Position numbers and translations under genes: made by a program. From NCBI GenBank assembly GCA_049970495.1, contig JBMFMV010000006.1, positions 1 through 50,860 of the forward strand: a stretch of 50,860 nt of DNA. Direction: 5' to 3'. The stretch is from a bacterium. GTDB taxonomy: Bacteria > DUMJ01. Each line of letters starts with the position of its first letter. Position 1 is the first letter of the stretch. Below, piece by piece: positions 32,247 to 41,341 of this stretch. Below the pieces are notes generated by a model that worked only from the letters and a program-made list of their open reading frames with translations, had not been told where the DNA came from and made no database searches.

Positions 32247-33487
32247 ATGCCATAGAGGTTATTATTAAAAAGAGAGATGGATACGAATTAACCAAGGAAG
32301 AGATAGAGTTCTTTATAGATGGATTCTACAGAAAAGAGATAAAGGACTATCAAGTGAGTGCCTGGCTTATGGCCTCTTTTATTAGAGGTCTATCGAAGGA
32401 GGAAACTAGACATCTTATCTCTGCCATACTATCAACAGGTAGAACAGTTATATGGAATTTTCCCGTAGTGGACAAACATTCAACTGGTGGAGTAGGTGAT
32501 AAACTTAGTTTTGTGGTAGTTCCACTTTTAGCCTCTCTTGGGTTTAAGGTAGCTAAGCTTTCTGGCAGAGGACTAGGGCATACAGGAGGAACCATAGACA
32601 AGTTAGAGGCTATCCCTGGATTTAAGACTAATCTTACTCTAGAAGAATTCAAAAGATTAGTAGAAGATATAGGATGCAGTATAATAAGTCAGACAGAAGA
32701 CCTAGTTCCTGTTGAGAAAGATATCTACTCTTTAAGAGATGTTACGGGGACGGTAGATAATATCTCCCTTATAACCAGTAGTATCCTTAGTAAGAAGGTA
32801 GCTGGAGGGGCAAAAACAATAATATTTGATGTCAAGGTGGGCTCGGGTGCATTTATGAAGAGTCTTAAAGATGCAGAAGAGCTAACTTCCTGGCTTATAG
32901 AGATAGGAAAGTCTTTTGGTAGAGAAGTAAAGGCGATAGTATCAGATATGAATCAGCCACTTGGTTATGCAGTTGGGAATCTACTGGAAGTTATAGAAGC
33001 TATAGAGACCTTAAAAGGAAATGGGCCTCAAGACTTAGAAGAATTGGCTATTGAGGTTGTAGGAACTATAGCCTCGAAAGATTTGGCAAAAGAGGTCTTA
33101 AAAAATGGTAAGGCTTTTGATAAATTCAATGAGATGGTGAGGGCTCAAGGTGGCGATATTAGTAAACTTACCCCTTTAGCTAGAATATACGATTTTTCGG
33201 TTTCGGATGCTGGTTATATAGAGCGCCTAGACGCCTATCTTATAGGAGAAGCGGTTAGAGCTCTAGGAGCCGGAAGGTATAAAAAAGAAGATATTATAGA
33301 CCCTAATGTGGGAATAGTGCTTAAGAAAAAGATTGGAGATTATGTAAACAAGGGAGAAACTATACTAGAGATATACTATAACGATGATGAAAAATTAAAA
33401 GATAGCATAGAGCTTATAAAGAAGGCGGTATCTATAAGTCAAAATGAGGTTAGAAGACCTACTCTCATCTATTCTGTCTATTCATGA
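32243..33487 (+). CDS. pdp: Pyrimidine-nucleoside/thymidine phosphorylase
   Basis: KKRDG, DKHSTGGVGDK, SGRGLGHTGGTIDKLE, RDVTGTV, LGAGR. Confidence 0.95.
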   Translation: MNAIEVIIKKRDGYELTKEEIEFFIDGFYRKEIKDYQVSAWLMASFIRGLSKEETRHLISAILSTGRTVIWNFPVVDKHSTGGVGDKLSFVVVPLLASLGFKVAKLSGRGLGHTGGTIDKLEAIPGFKTNLTLEEFKRLVEDIGCSIISQTEDLVPVEKDIYSLRDVTGTVDNISLITSSILSKKVAGGAKTIIFDVKVGSGAFMKSLKDAEELTSWLIEIGKSFGREVKAIVSDMNQPLGYAVGNLLEVIEAIETLKGNGPQDLEELAIEVVGTIASKDLAKEVLKNGKAFDKFNEMVRAQGGDISKLTPLARIYDFSVSDAGYIERLDAYLIGEAVRALGAGRYKKEDIIDPNVGIVLKKKIGDYVNKGETILEIYYNDDEKLKDSIELIKKAVSISQNEVRRPTLIYSVYS

Positions 33488-34187
33488 CGTAGACTTATGT
33501 TTGGAAAACGCCCATAAGAGAGATATTCCTATCTATCTTGTAGGCGGAACTCTCAGAGATATACTTCTTGGTTTAAAGATAAAAGACATAGATTTAGTAG
33601 TAGAGACCTCAGTGGATAGATTTCTAGAATATATCGAAAGCCTCAATAAAAAAGGAAGGCTGCTTAAGAGGTTTTATACTTTCAAGTTTTCTGTGAGTCA
33701 TAAAGATATAGAACATATCGATATAGCGATTGCAAGAAAAGAGGTCTATCCTAAGCCTGGAGCATTACCTTTAGTAGAACCCGGAAAAATTAAAGAAGAC
33801 CTATATAGGAGAGATTTTACTATAAATGCCTTAGCTATTCCTATTTATTCAAATAAAAAGATAGGTGAGATTCTAGACCCTTTAGGAGGAACAAGAGACC
33901 TAGAGAACAGAATAATAAGAGTCCTCCACGATAAAAGTTTTATAGATGACCCTACTCGTATCTTCAGGGCAGTAAGATTTAGTGTAAGGCTTGGTTTTAC
34001 TATAGAACCATATACGTATAGCCTTATGGAGAATGCAGTGAAATATGGAGCCTTAAGGACTGTTGGTATAGCTAGAATTAGAAAAGAGATTGAATTATGT
34101 AGAAGAGAAGAAAGGTATAGAGAAATCTTTGATGTCCTTAAGGCTCTCAACGTTCCATTAGAAGAATTTATAGAACTTGGAAATTAA
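33444..34187 (+). CDS. Class II tRNA nucleotidyltransferase (short, CCA/A-adding-like)
   Basis: VGG.LRD..LG...DID, RKEVYPKPGALP loop, EDLYRRDFTINA, SFIDDPTRIFRAVRF. Confidence 0.88.
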   Translation: MRLEDLLSSILSIHDVDLCLENAHKRDIPIYLVGGTLRDILLGLKIKDIDLVVETSVDRFLEYIESLNKKGRLLKRFYTFKFSVSHKDIEHIDIAIARKEVYPKPGALPLVEPGKIKEDLYRRDFTINALAIPIYSNKKIGEILDPLGGTRDLENRIIRVLHDKSFIDDPTRIFRAVRFSVRLGFTIEPYTYSLMENAVKYGALRTVGIARIRKEIELCRREERYREIFDVLKALNVPLEEFIELGN

Positions 34188-34446
34188 ACCTCTTTTCTGT
34201 ACCCCTATTACCTTCATTGTCTACTGGATACACCGAGACCATATACGTTCCTGGAGGCGCTCCATAAGGAACTTGCATAGAAAGTTTGAATTGATCTCCT
34301 TCCTTCTGGAACTGAATCATGTAACCATATTCAGGTATTCTTCCATAGACAGCCTTGGTATCTGGAGATGCCTTGACAATAACTGTTACCATATCTCCCT
34401 GTCTTCCAGAAGTGGGATTTACATCTAAACTTAGTATTTCTGCCAT
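34168..34446 (-). CDS. Small hypothetical beta-rich (Ig-like) protein
   Basis: ATG 34446 after GGAGGAGG; alternating beta pattern with VP..APPGTY.V.V...D..GN. Confidence 0.7.
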   Translation of the reverse strand: MAEILSLDVNPTSGRQGDMVTVIVKASPDTKAVYGRIPEYGYMIQFQKEGDQFKLSMQVPYGAPPGTYMVSVYPVDNEGNRGTEKRFNFQVL

Positions 34447-34509
34447 AATCTTACCTCCTCCCAACAGGTATTTTTCTATATTCAATATTATCATCTCAAG
34501 ATTTCCCTG

Positions 34510-34968
34510 TCAAATAGCTGTTTGTTCAATCTGTATAATAATGCTCTGGGTTAAAATCTTTCCACTATGATTAATAATTATTGTAACGTTGTATGTTCCA
34601 ACCCCTAAAGTTCCAGTAAGGTTATCATAATCTGCTTTATATATGGAGTCTTCTAGTAATTCTATAGGGATAGATATTGAAGGGGTAATTTGGACTATAC
34701 TATTAGCTAATTCGCTGCTAGATAGAGGTTCTTGGATCTTTATTTTTATTCTAAAGCTTGTATTTTGAGGAATTTTATAGGTCAATCCTATAGGAATCAC
34801 CTGCTCTTCAAAGGGTTCATTATCAGTAGTATCTCTATCTATCCATACTTCAACCTTTTCTATAAAGGGTTTACTACAATTACATCCATTAACTCCAGCG
34901 ATAATAAATATAGAAAGTATTGATACTACAACCTTTAGTATACTAAAAAATCCTCTATGATTTTTCAC
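34510..34968 (-). CDS. Hypothetical exported protein, probable lipoprotein
   Basis: AGGAGG RBS, basic N-terminus, hydrophobic stretch, lipobox-like VNGC; C-terminal GTYNVTI. Confidence 0.65.
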   Translation of the reverse strand: MKNHRGFFSILKVVVSILSIFIIAGVNGCNCSKPFIEKVEVWIDRDTTDNEPFEEQVIPIGLTYKIPQNTSFRIKIKIQEPLSSSELANSIVQITPSISIPIELLEDSIYKADYDNLTGTLGVGTYNVTIIINHSGKILTQSIIIQIEQTAI

Positions 34969-34990
34969 TTAAGTCCCTCCTATTTTAGTT

Positions 34991-36178
34991 TTAACTAAGA
35001 GCCTTTTTACAAGCCTTTATTCTAGATTCAATCTCTTCATCTTTCCAGTCGGGATTAATTGATATAAAGACAGTCCTGCTAAGGATATCTAATGTTTTAG
35101 GACACATATCTTTTGAGTAATTTATCCTAAGATCCCTATTCTCTGGAAATTCAAAGGGGTTCATTCTTGGGTGATGGCCAACTCTATGTTCTAAGATTGG
35201 CTCCCAATTAGAATATACATGCTTACCTGTATCTATAGGTAACCATCCTTTAACTTCTTCCTTCTGAGCAAATCCTCTAGCTTCTTTCTCCGATTCAAAC
35301 TGAATACCTACTACTACCCCACAGTCCCCTTCCGGGTCATTAGCTGGAACAAGCTTTACCCCTGTAGTTTTTAGTTCATCTATAAAAATTCTTTTGATAC
35401 GCCTTAGGTCTGCAAGTATACCATCTAATCTTCTAAGCTGAACACGTAATATTGCCCCCATAATTTCATTAGCTCTTAATTGAAGCCCTATAAATATTGG
35501 TATATTAACCTCTTTAGGGGATGGGCTAAGAAAGACAAACCCACTATCATGATAAACTAAGACTCTCTCATAGACTAATCTGTCATCTGTTACTATACAT
35601 CCACCTTCTCCACAGCTTATTATCTTATAGTAGTTAAAGCTAAATACTCCAACATCACCTAGACTTCCTAATCGCTTTCCTTTATAACTTCCACCCACTG
35701 CTTGACAGGCATCTTCTATCACTTTTATCTTATACCTCTTTGCTATTTCTATTATCCTGTCCATATTAGCCGGAAGTCCTTGCATATGAACCGGTATAAC
35801 AGCTTTAGTATTTGGGGTAATCTTTCTTTCTAAGTCTTCTGGATCTAATGTCAGACTTTCATCTATCTCTGCTATAACTGGGATGGCTCCGGCATTTAAG
35901 ACCGCAGATGCTGTAGCAATAAAGGTATAACCAGGGACAATAACCTCATCTCCAGGACCTATACCAAGTCCAATTAAGCCACTTGCTAGAGCAGATGTCC
36001 CTCCGCCAGCCATAAGTAACGCATATTTAGTACCTATCTTTTCCGCCCATTCCCTTTCGAATGTTACTACCTCCTGCAGGTGGCCCTCTTGAGGATCCCC
36101 ATACCTAGAGAGTTGTTTACTCTCGAGGACCTTCCATATCTCTTCTAACTCTTCTTTGCCTATCCTGTACAAAGGCAT
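34991..36178 (-). CDS. DegT/DnrJ/EryC1/StrS PLP aminotransferase
   Basis: GIGPGDEVIVPGYTFIAT, IPVHMQG, EDACQA.G, SFNYYKIISCGEGG. Start is ATG 36178 or TTG 36172 after GGAGGTG. Confidence 0.92.
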   Translation of the reverse strand: MPLYRIGKEELEEIWKVLESKQLSRYGDPQEGHLQEVVTFEREWAEKIGTKYALLMAGGGTSALASGLIGLGIGPGDEVIVPGYTFIATASAVLNAGAIPVIAEIDESLTLDPEDLERKITPNTKAVIPVHMQGLPANMDRIIEIAKRYKIKVIEDACQAVGGSYKGKRLGSLGDVGVFSFNYYKIISCGEGGCIVTDDRLVYERVLVYHDSGFVFLSPSPKEVNIPIFIGLQLRANEIMGAILRVQLRRLDGILADLRRIKRIFIDELKTTGVKLVPANDPEGDCGVVVGIQFESEKEARGFAQKEEVKGWLPIDTGKHVYSNWEPILEHRVGHHPRMNPFEFPENRDLRINYSKDMCPKTLDILSRTVFISINPDWKDEEIESRIKACKKALS

Positions 36179-36215
36179 CACCTCCACAGAATAGTATAAC
36201 AAAAAAGATAGTATT

Positions 36216-36263
36216 TAAAAATTAAAGCCCCCTTAGGTATCTATTTATCCTAAGAGGGCTTTA
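36216..36263 (-). terminator. Intrinsic terminator after the rubrerythrin operon
   Basis: - strand TAAAGCCCTCTTAGG...CCTAAGGGGGCTTTA hairpin followed by ATTTTT. Confidence 0.8.
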
Positions 36264-36291
36264 TGATAACTTTCTAGACTTTTATATTACT

Positions 36292-36627
36292 CTATCCCCA
36301 CTTACCCTTACTTATATGGCCCTGAATCTCAGCCTTTATCTTCTGCTGGAAAAGAAGAGCCTGTTCTTTTGCCTCAGTAAAGATCTTGACACATGGCGGA
36401 TCCAAGTTATCATCTATACCCTTTTGTGCTAGTTCAGCAACCTTTGCCATTAAAGTGAATAGCTCTATATGAAGCCCATTGGTAAACCTTGATCTGTCTA
36501 TAAGTTTAACCTGATCCTCTGGGATCTGCGTAAACTTCTCTCTAGGTGCTCCACACTTTGGACATACCTCAGGTGGATTCTCTACATCTAGGACTATGCC
36601 GCAGACTCCACATCTCCACTTACTCAT
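36292..36627 (-). CDS. Rubredoxin-like domain protein with helical C-terminus
   Basis: WRCGVCG...PPEVCPKCGAP..KF, then DNLDP.C...H..KGKWG. Confidence 0.85.
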   Translation of the reverse strand: MSKWRCGVCGIVLDVENPPEVCPKCGAPREKFTQIPEDQVKLIDRSRFTNGLHIELFTLMAKVAELAQKGIDDNLDPPCVKIFTEAKEQALLFQQKIKAEIQGHISKGKWG

Positions 36628-36642
36628 AAAAATCACCTCTTA

Positions 36643-37146
36643 CTAGAATTTTTTGAATTTTTCTTTTGGTGCACCACATATAGGGCATCTGTCAGGAGCG
36701 GACCCTTCTACTGTATGTCCACATACCTGACATATGTATATATCCCCTATCTCTACATCGTTTCCACTTTCTACAGCTTGCTTTGCCTTCTGATACATGG
36801 CAGAGTGTATCTTTTCTGCTTCAAGGGCAAAGTGTATGCTTCTCTTTGCCTCTGGCTCACTCTGTAATTCAGCTATAGCATTATAAGCTGGGTACATCTC
36901 TTGGACTTCAAAGTTTTCTCCATCGATACAGACCTGTATATTGTCTGAAGACCCTTTTATTCCAGATAGGGCTCTTAAGTGATTTGTTGCGTGAATCTTT
37001 TCTGCGTCTGCTATTGCCCTAAATAGTCGGGCTAAATTGGGTCTGCCTTCTTGTTCTGCAATCTCAGCAAAAATTGTATACTTCATGTGGGCTTGACTTT
37101 CACCTGCAAACGCTGATTTAAGACTTTCTTCAGTCATTCTTCTCAT
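36643..37146 (-). CDS. rbr: Rubrerythrin
   Basis: AFAGESQA..KY, EKIH twice (diiron), E..EMYP, C-terminal CQVCGH..CPICG. Confidence 0.95.
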   Translation of the reverse strand: MRRMTEESLKSAFAGESQAHMKYTIFAEIAEQEGRPNLARLFRAIADAEKIHATNHLRALSGIKGSSDNIQVCIDGENFEVQEMYPAYNAIAELQSEPEAKRSIHFALEAEKIHSAMYQKAKQAVESGNDVEIGDIYICQVCGHTVEGSAPDRCPICGAPKEKFKKF

Positions 37147-37164
37147 ATTATCTACCTCCTAAAC

Positions 37165-37214
37165 AATAATTTTTATTATTTACTTAATATTATCAAAAAT
37201 TTTTATTAAGTCAA
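37165..37214 (-). promoter_or_regulatory. Rubrerythrin promoter with a downstream AT-rich palindrome
   Basis: TTGACT (37214-37209), TGaTAATAT, and AATAAT-N4-ATTATT at 37165-37180 just before the RBS. Confidence 0.5.
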
Positions 37215-37219
37215 GTAAT

Positions 37220-37858
37220 TTACTTTTCTACTTTACCTTTTACAAGATACCAAATGTATAAGTCGGTTTCTCCAGGTAATCTGCCAAACCTATAAGATAA
37301 CTCTTTAAATCTCTCTTCAATAAGAAGATATCTCTTCTCTGTCCAATTCTTAGGAATAGTATCGATTAATCTTACGACTTTAAGCACTCTGAGTATATGT
37401 CGATCTAGGATACCGACATCTAAGTTTCCAACGTTTCTTAAGAAGTGACTAGATTCTTTCCACCCAATTCCTTTGGCAGATTTTACCAATTCTTTTCTTG
37501 CCTCTGTTGAAGGCAAAGAGATAAATTTTCTGAGTTTTCCTAAGAGACCTCTATTTTTAACTATAAACTCTGCCCTTTTATTTGGAAAGCGATGCCCTAA
37601 TTCAGATAGAATCTGTGAGAGTTCTTCCTGTGAATATTCTATAAAGCCTAGCGTTCCTATCTTCTCTTGGGCTTTTATCCCACCAATAGCGCTCCAGTTA
37701 GCAGTAAGGACACAGAAGCTTAACTCAGAAAAAAGCTCCTCTTCTGAACCATAAGAACCTAGTCTTTTGAATTGATGTATCCTTTCGTCTACAAGGGGCT
37801 TAGCTCTATCTTCTATAGCTTTTAGCTCTGCAATAAACTTTTTAAGATATTCTTCCAT
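37220..37858 (-). CDS. ogg: 8-oxoguanine DNA glycosylase/AP lyase (OGG2 type)
   Basis: ELSFCVLTAN, HRFP..RA, HhH KGIGWKESSHFLRNVG, ILDRH, C-terminal Lys (GKVEK). Confidence 0.92.
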   Translation of the reverse strand: MEEYLKKFIAELKAIEDRAKPLVDERIHQFKRLGSYGSEEELFSELSFCVLTANWSAIGGIKAQEKIGTLGFIEYSQEELSQILSELGHRFPNKRAEFIVKNRGLLGKLRKFISLPSTEARKELVKSAKGIGWKESSHFLRNVGNLDVGILDRHILRVLKVVRLIDTIPKNWTEKRYLLIEERFKELSYRFGRLPGETDLYIWYLVKGKVEK

Positions 37859-38011
37859 AGAAGAATTTTACCATAGAATTTCAATTTCTAATATAAGGAT
37901 CACTTTGGCCTATCGGTTTTGTGATGACAAAAAGATGTCAGTATCCCTTACCGAAGTTTATTCAAAACTATTGAGGCTAGTCTCAATTTGTTTTATATGA
38001 TAAACTCTATA

Positions 38012-39247
38012 GTGATGTCTAGAATAAGTAGAATAATAACACTCTTAATTTTAATAACCCTTATATTTAGTAGAGTAAAGATGGTAGATAGTAGAGTAAA
38101 ACTGGGATTAGAGGTATTATTGGATGAAAGGTTTTCTCTTATAAAGGGAAAACGAATAGGCCTTGTAACGAATCAGACTGGAGTAGATAGTTGTTTAAGA
38201 AGTAATATAGATATCCTATATAGATTCCCGGGGATAAGACTTACCACCCTCTTTGCTCCAGAACATGGGATAAGGGGGGAAAGGCTAGCCGGGGAGTATG
38301 TAAAGAGTTATACGGATGAAAAGACCGGACTTCCTGTCTATAGCCTCTATGGAGAAACAAGAAAACCTACAAAGGAGATGTTAAAAAATGTTGATGTCCT
38401 TATATTTGATATCCAAGATGTAGGGGTAAGACATTATACCTATATATCTACTATGGCTCTGGCTATGCAGTCAGCGAAGGAAAACAATATAGAGTTTATA
38501 GTCCTAGATAGGCCTAACCCTCTTGGAGGAATATATGTAGATGGTCCTGTGTTAGAGCCGGAATTTAGCTCATTTATTGGTTTATATCCTATACCTAATA
38601 TATATGGGATGACGATTGGAGAATTGGCACTTATGTTTAACAGCGAATTTAAGATATCTTCTAAGTTAACAGTGGTCCCCATGAATGGATGGAGGAGGGA
38701 TATGAAATTTAATCAGACAGGTTTATATTGGGTTATGTCTTCTCCAAATATACCTGATTTTGAGACTGTAATGTTATATCCTTGCACAGGACCGATAGGA
38801 GATACATATCTCTCTGTAGGGGTGGGAACAACTAAGCCATTTCATTTTGTAGGGGCTCCTTATATTGACCCGGATAGGTTAATCGTAGAGCTTTTAAGAA
38901 GAAAAATTGAAGGGGTCTTTTTTAGAAGTGCTTATTTTATACCTCGATATTCTAAGTTTCAAAATAAATTATGTAAAGGGGTAGAAATATACATAATCGA
39001 TAAAGATAAATTTAAACCTCTAGAGCTATGTATAAATATCCTAGATATTATATATAGGCTCTATCCTAAAGATTTTAACTGGGGGGATAAATCTGGTGAG
39101 AGATATATATTCGATTTGAGTATGGGAACTGATAAAGTCAGAAGGTATATAGAAAGCGGAATAGAACCAAAAGAGATTATAAAGGTTTGGAAGAAAGATA
39201 TGGAGAAGTTTTTGATAATTAGAAATAAGTATCTAATCTATAAGTGA
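38012..39247 (+). CDS. namZ: Exo-beta-N-acetylmuramidase NamZ (YbbC/DUF1343)
   Basis: Signal/TM segment, GLVTNQTG, FAPEHG, YSLYG, DIQDVG.R.YTY, DRPNP, GMTIGELA, SPNIP. Start codon uncertain (37988-38015). Confidence 0.9.
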   Translation: MMSRISRIITLLILITLIFSRVKMVDSRVKLGLEVLLDERFSLIKGKRIGLVTNQTGVDSCLRSNIDILYRFPGIRLTTLFAPEHGIRGERLAGEYVKSYTDEKTGLPVYSLYGETRKPTKEMLKNVDVLIFDIQDVGVRHYTYISTMALAMQSAKENNIEFIVLDRPNPLGGIYVDGPVLEPEFSSFIGLYPIPNIYGMTIGELALMFNSEFKISSKLTVVPMNGWRRDMKFNQTGLYWVMSSPNIPDFETVMLYPCTGPIGDTYLSVGVGTTKPFHFVGAPYIDPDRLIVELLRRKIEGVFFRSAYFIPRYSKFQNKLCKGVEIYIIDKDKFKPLELCINILDIIYRLYPKDFNWGDKSGERYIFDLSMGTDKVRRYIESGIEPKEIIKVWKKDMEKFLIIRNKYLIYK

Positions 39248-39259
39248 GGAGGGGACTAT

Positions 39260-40171
39260 TTGGTAAGATACATCCTTGGTATAGATGGAGGAGGAACCAA
39301 GACAGAGGTAGCAATTGCTACAGAGACTGGAGAGATAATTTCTAGGGCTTATAGTGGGCCATCTAACTGGACTACAACTCCGAAAAAAGTCGCTAAAGAG
39401 AATATTATAGAGGGTATAGAAACTGCCTTAAGACAAGTCCCAGGCATTAGAGTTGATCTAATTAGTGCTGGTGTAGCTGGAGTATCAAAAATAGAATGGG
39501 AATTGAAAGAATTCTTACTCTCTTTAAATATATCAAAAGAGGTGATAGTAACTACTGATGCACATATTGCTCTTGTGGGAGCACTTTTAGACACAGAGGG
39601 CGTAATAATAATAGCGGGTACAGGTTCAATTGGATATGGAAGGAGAAATAACTTAGAAAAAAGAACTGGTGGATGGGGATACCTTTTAGGAGATGAGGGT
39701 AGTGCTTTTGATGTTGGTAGAAGGGGAATTATAGCAGGACTTAAAGCCTATGATGGAAGGGGAGAAAAGACTATTCTCTTAGATATGATTTGTGAATATC
39801 TAGGTCCCGGAGATATGGAAGTCTTGATAAAGATAATCTATGAGAAGGCTAAAGATATAATATCAAGTTTTGCTAAATATGTGGTAAAGGCCGGAGAGAT
39901 GGGAGATAAAGTGGCCTTAGATATACTTAAATCCGCATCATATGAGCTTAGCCTTTTAGCTATCTCTACAGCAGAAGGATTGGGATATCAAAGGGAAGAT
40001 AAATTTAGTATAGCGTATACTGGAGGATTTTTTAAGGCGAAGGGTATTGTAACTGAAACTTTTATTAGATTTGTAAAAGAAAAATTCCCAAATAGTAATA
40101 TCTTTCCTGCTAAGGCAGAGCCTATATTTGGGGCTATAATAATAGGACAAAAATTTCTAGAGAAGGGGTGA
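39260..40171 (+). CDS. BadF/BadG/BcrA/BcrD-family GlcNAc/MurNAc kinase (MurK-like)
   Basis: GIDGGGTKT, IAGTGS, GGWGYLLGDEGS; between namZ and murQ. Confidence 0.88.
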   Translation: MVRYILGIDGGGTKTEVAIATETGEIISRAYSGPSNWTTTPKKVAKENIIEGIETALRQVPGIRVDLISAGVAGVSKIEWELKEFLLSLNISKEVIVTTDAHIALVGALLDTEGVIIIAGTGSIGYGRRNNLEKRTGGWGYLLGDEGSAFDVGRRGIIAGLKAYDGRGEKTILLDMICEYLGPGDMEVLIKIIYEKAKDIISSFAKYVVKAGEMGDKVALDILKSASYELSLLAISTAEGLGYQREDKFSIAYTGGFFKAKGIVTETFIRFVKEKFPNSNIFPAKAEPIFGAIIIGQKFLEKG

Positions 40172-40178
40172 AGTTTAA

Positions 40179-41069
40179 GTGGGAACAGAGGATTATAATG
40201 AACTTACTTCAAATTTTGATCTATTAAGCACTTTAGAGATGGTTAAACTTATGAACCAAGAGGATAAGAAAGTTCCTCTGGCTATCGAGAAAGTTCTACC
40301 TGATATAGCTAAGGCTATAGATATCATAGTAGATGGATTAAAGAATGGTGGAAGACTTTTCTATGTTGGAGCTGGAACTAGTGGGAGGTTAGGTGTCTTA
40401 GATGCTGCAGAATGTCCACCTACCTTTGGTGTTGACCCAAAAATGGTTCAAACAATAATTGCCGGAGGAGAAAAGGCCATTACTTCTGCAGTAGAATATG
40501 CAGAAGATGATGTGGAAAGCGGAAAAGAAGAGATAAAAAAAAGAAATGTGACAGAAAATGATATAGTCGTAGGCATAACTGCTAGTGGAACCACTCCATT
40601 TGTAATTTCAGCCTTGGAAGAGGCTTACGAAAGGGGAGCAAGGACTATCTTAGTGACTAATAACTATAACTCTCCTGCTAAGAGTTTTGTAGATGTAGCA
40701 ATAGAGATAGATACAGGACCAGAAGTAATAGCAGGTTCTACTAGACTTAAGGCTGGAACATCGCAGAAATTAGTATTAAATATGTTTAGTACTATAAGTA
40801 TGGCAAAATTGGGTAAAATCTATGGAAATATTATGGTCGATGTAAAGCCAACTAATCAAAAACTCATAAATAGGGCTGTTAGAATAATAAAAAAGATTAC
40901 AGGAGCTACAGAAGATCTAGCATTAGAAAGATTAAAGGCCTGTAATATGAATGTAAAAGAAGCCATAATAAGTATCATAGGAAATTTAAGCCCAGAAGAT
41001 AGTAAAAGGCTTTTAGATGAATCTAATGGTTTCCTAAGAACTGCCATTGAGAAGCTCAGGAATAAATAA
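40179..41069 (+). CDS. murQ: N-acetylmuramic acid 6-phosphate etherase
   Basis: GAGTSGRLGVLDAAECPPTF, AED, GPEVIAGSTRLKAGTSQK, N.KL..RA. Confidence 0.97.
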   Translation: MGTEDYNELTSNFDLLSTLEMVKLMNQEDKKVPLAIEKVLPDIAKAIDIIVDGLKNGGRLFYVGAGTSGRLGVLDAAECPPTFGVDPKMVQTIIAGGEKAITSAVEYAEDDVESGKEEIKKRNVTENDIVVGITASGTTPFVISALEEAYERGARTILVTNNYNSPAKSFVDVAIEIDTGPEVIAGSTRLKAGTSQKLVLNMFSTISMAKLGKIYGNIMVDVKPTNQKLINRAVRIIKKITGATEDLALERLKACNMNVKEAIISIIGNLSPEDSKRLLDESNGFLRTAIEKLRNK

Positions 41070-41297
41070 CTTCTAACTTAGAACATTTTTCTGTACATTA
41101 GAATTAATCGAAGGCCCTCTTCGAGGTAAATTCCCTTTATTTTGTCTTTCCTCAGTAAAGGAAGTTTCCAAGAAAATTCTAATATAGAAATGACACATGT
41201 GGAATGTGGACTTTAAAAGTTCTTCTTGAATTTTATCAAAGGGGACATAATTTGACACTTTGGCAAGATACAATCCTTCCTAAGGAAGGAGAAGGGG

Positions 41298-41326
41298 TTG
41301 AAGTGCTATATAAAAAGTATTATCAT
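41298..41326 (+). promoter_or_regulatory. sigma70-type promoter of the cas operon
   Basis: TTGAAG-17 nt-TATCAT, implying a leader of about 100 nt before cas6. Confidence 0.6.
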
Positions 41327-41341
41327 TAGATAGAAGTGTAG

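Noticed and set aside
34880..34968. Type IV prepilin signal (RG|FFSIL) in the exported protein
   Set aside because: Lacks Glu at +5; the lipobox-like VNGC explains the N-terminus better.
41164..41258. Possible mini CRISPR array: two TGACAC ends 62 nt apart, the first segment starting GTTTCC
   Set aside because: The 30-mers upstream of the two ends do not align, and no spacer match to the cas promoter was found.
41073..41273. 66-aa - strand ORF upstream of cas6 as a toxin or anti-CRISPR
   Set aside because: TTG start, no convincing RBS spacing and no recognisable motif; probably spurious.
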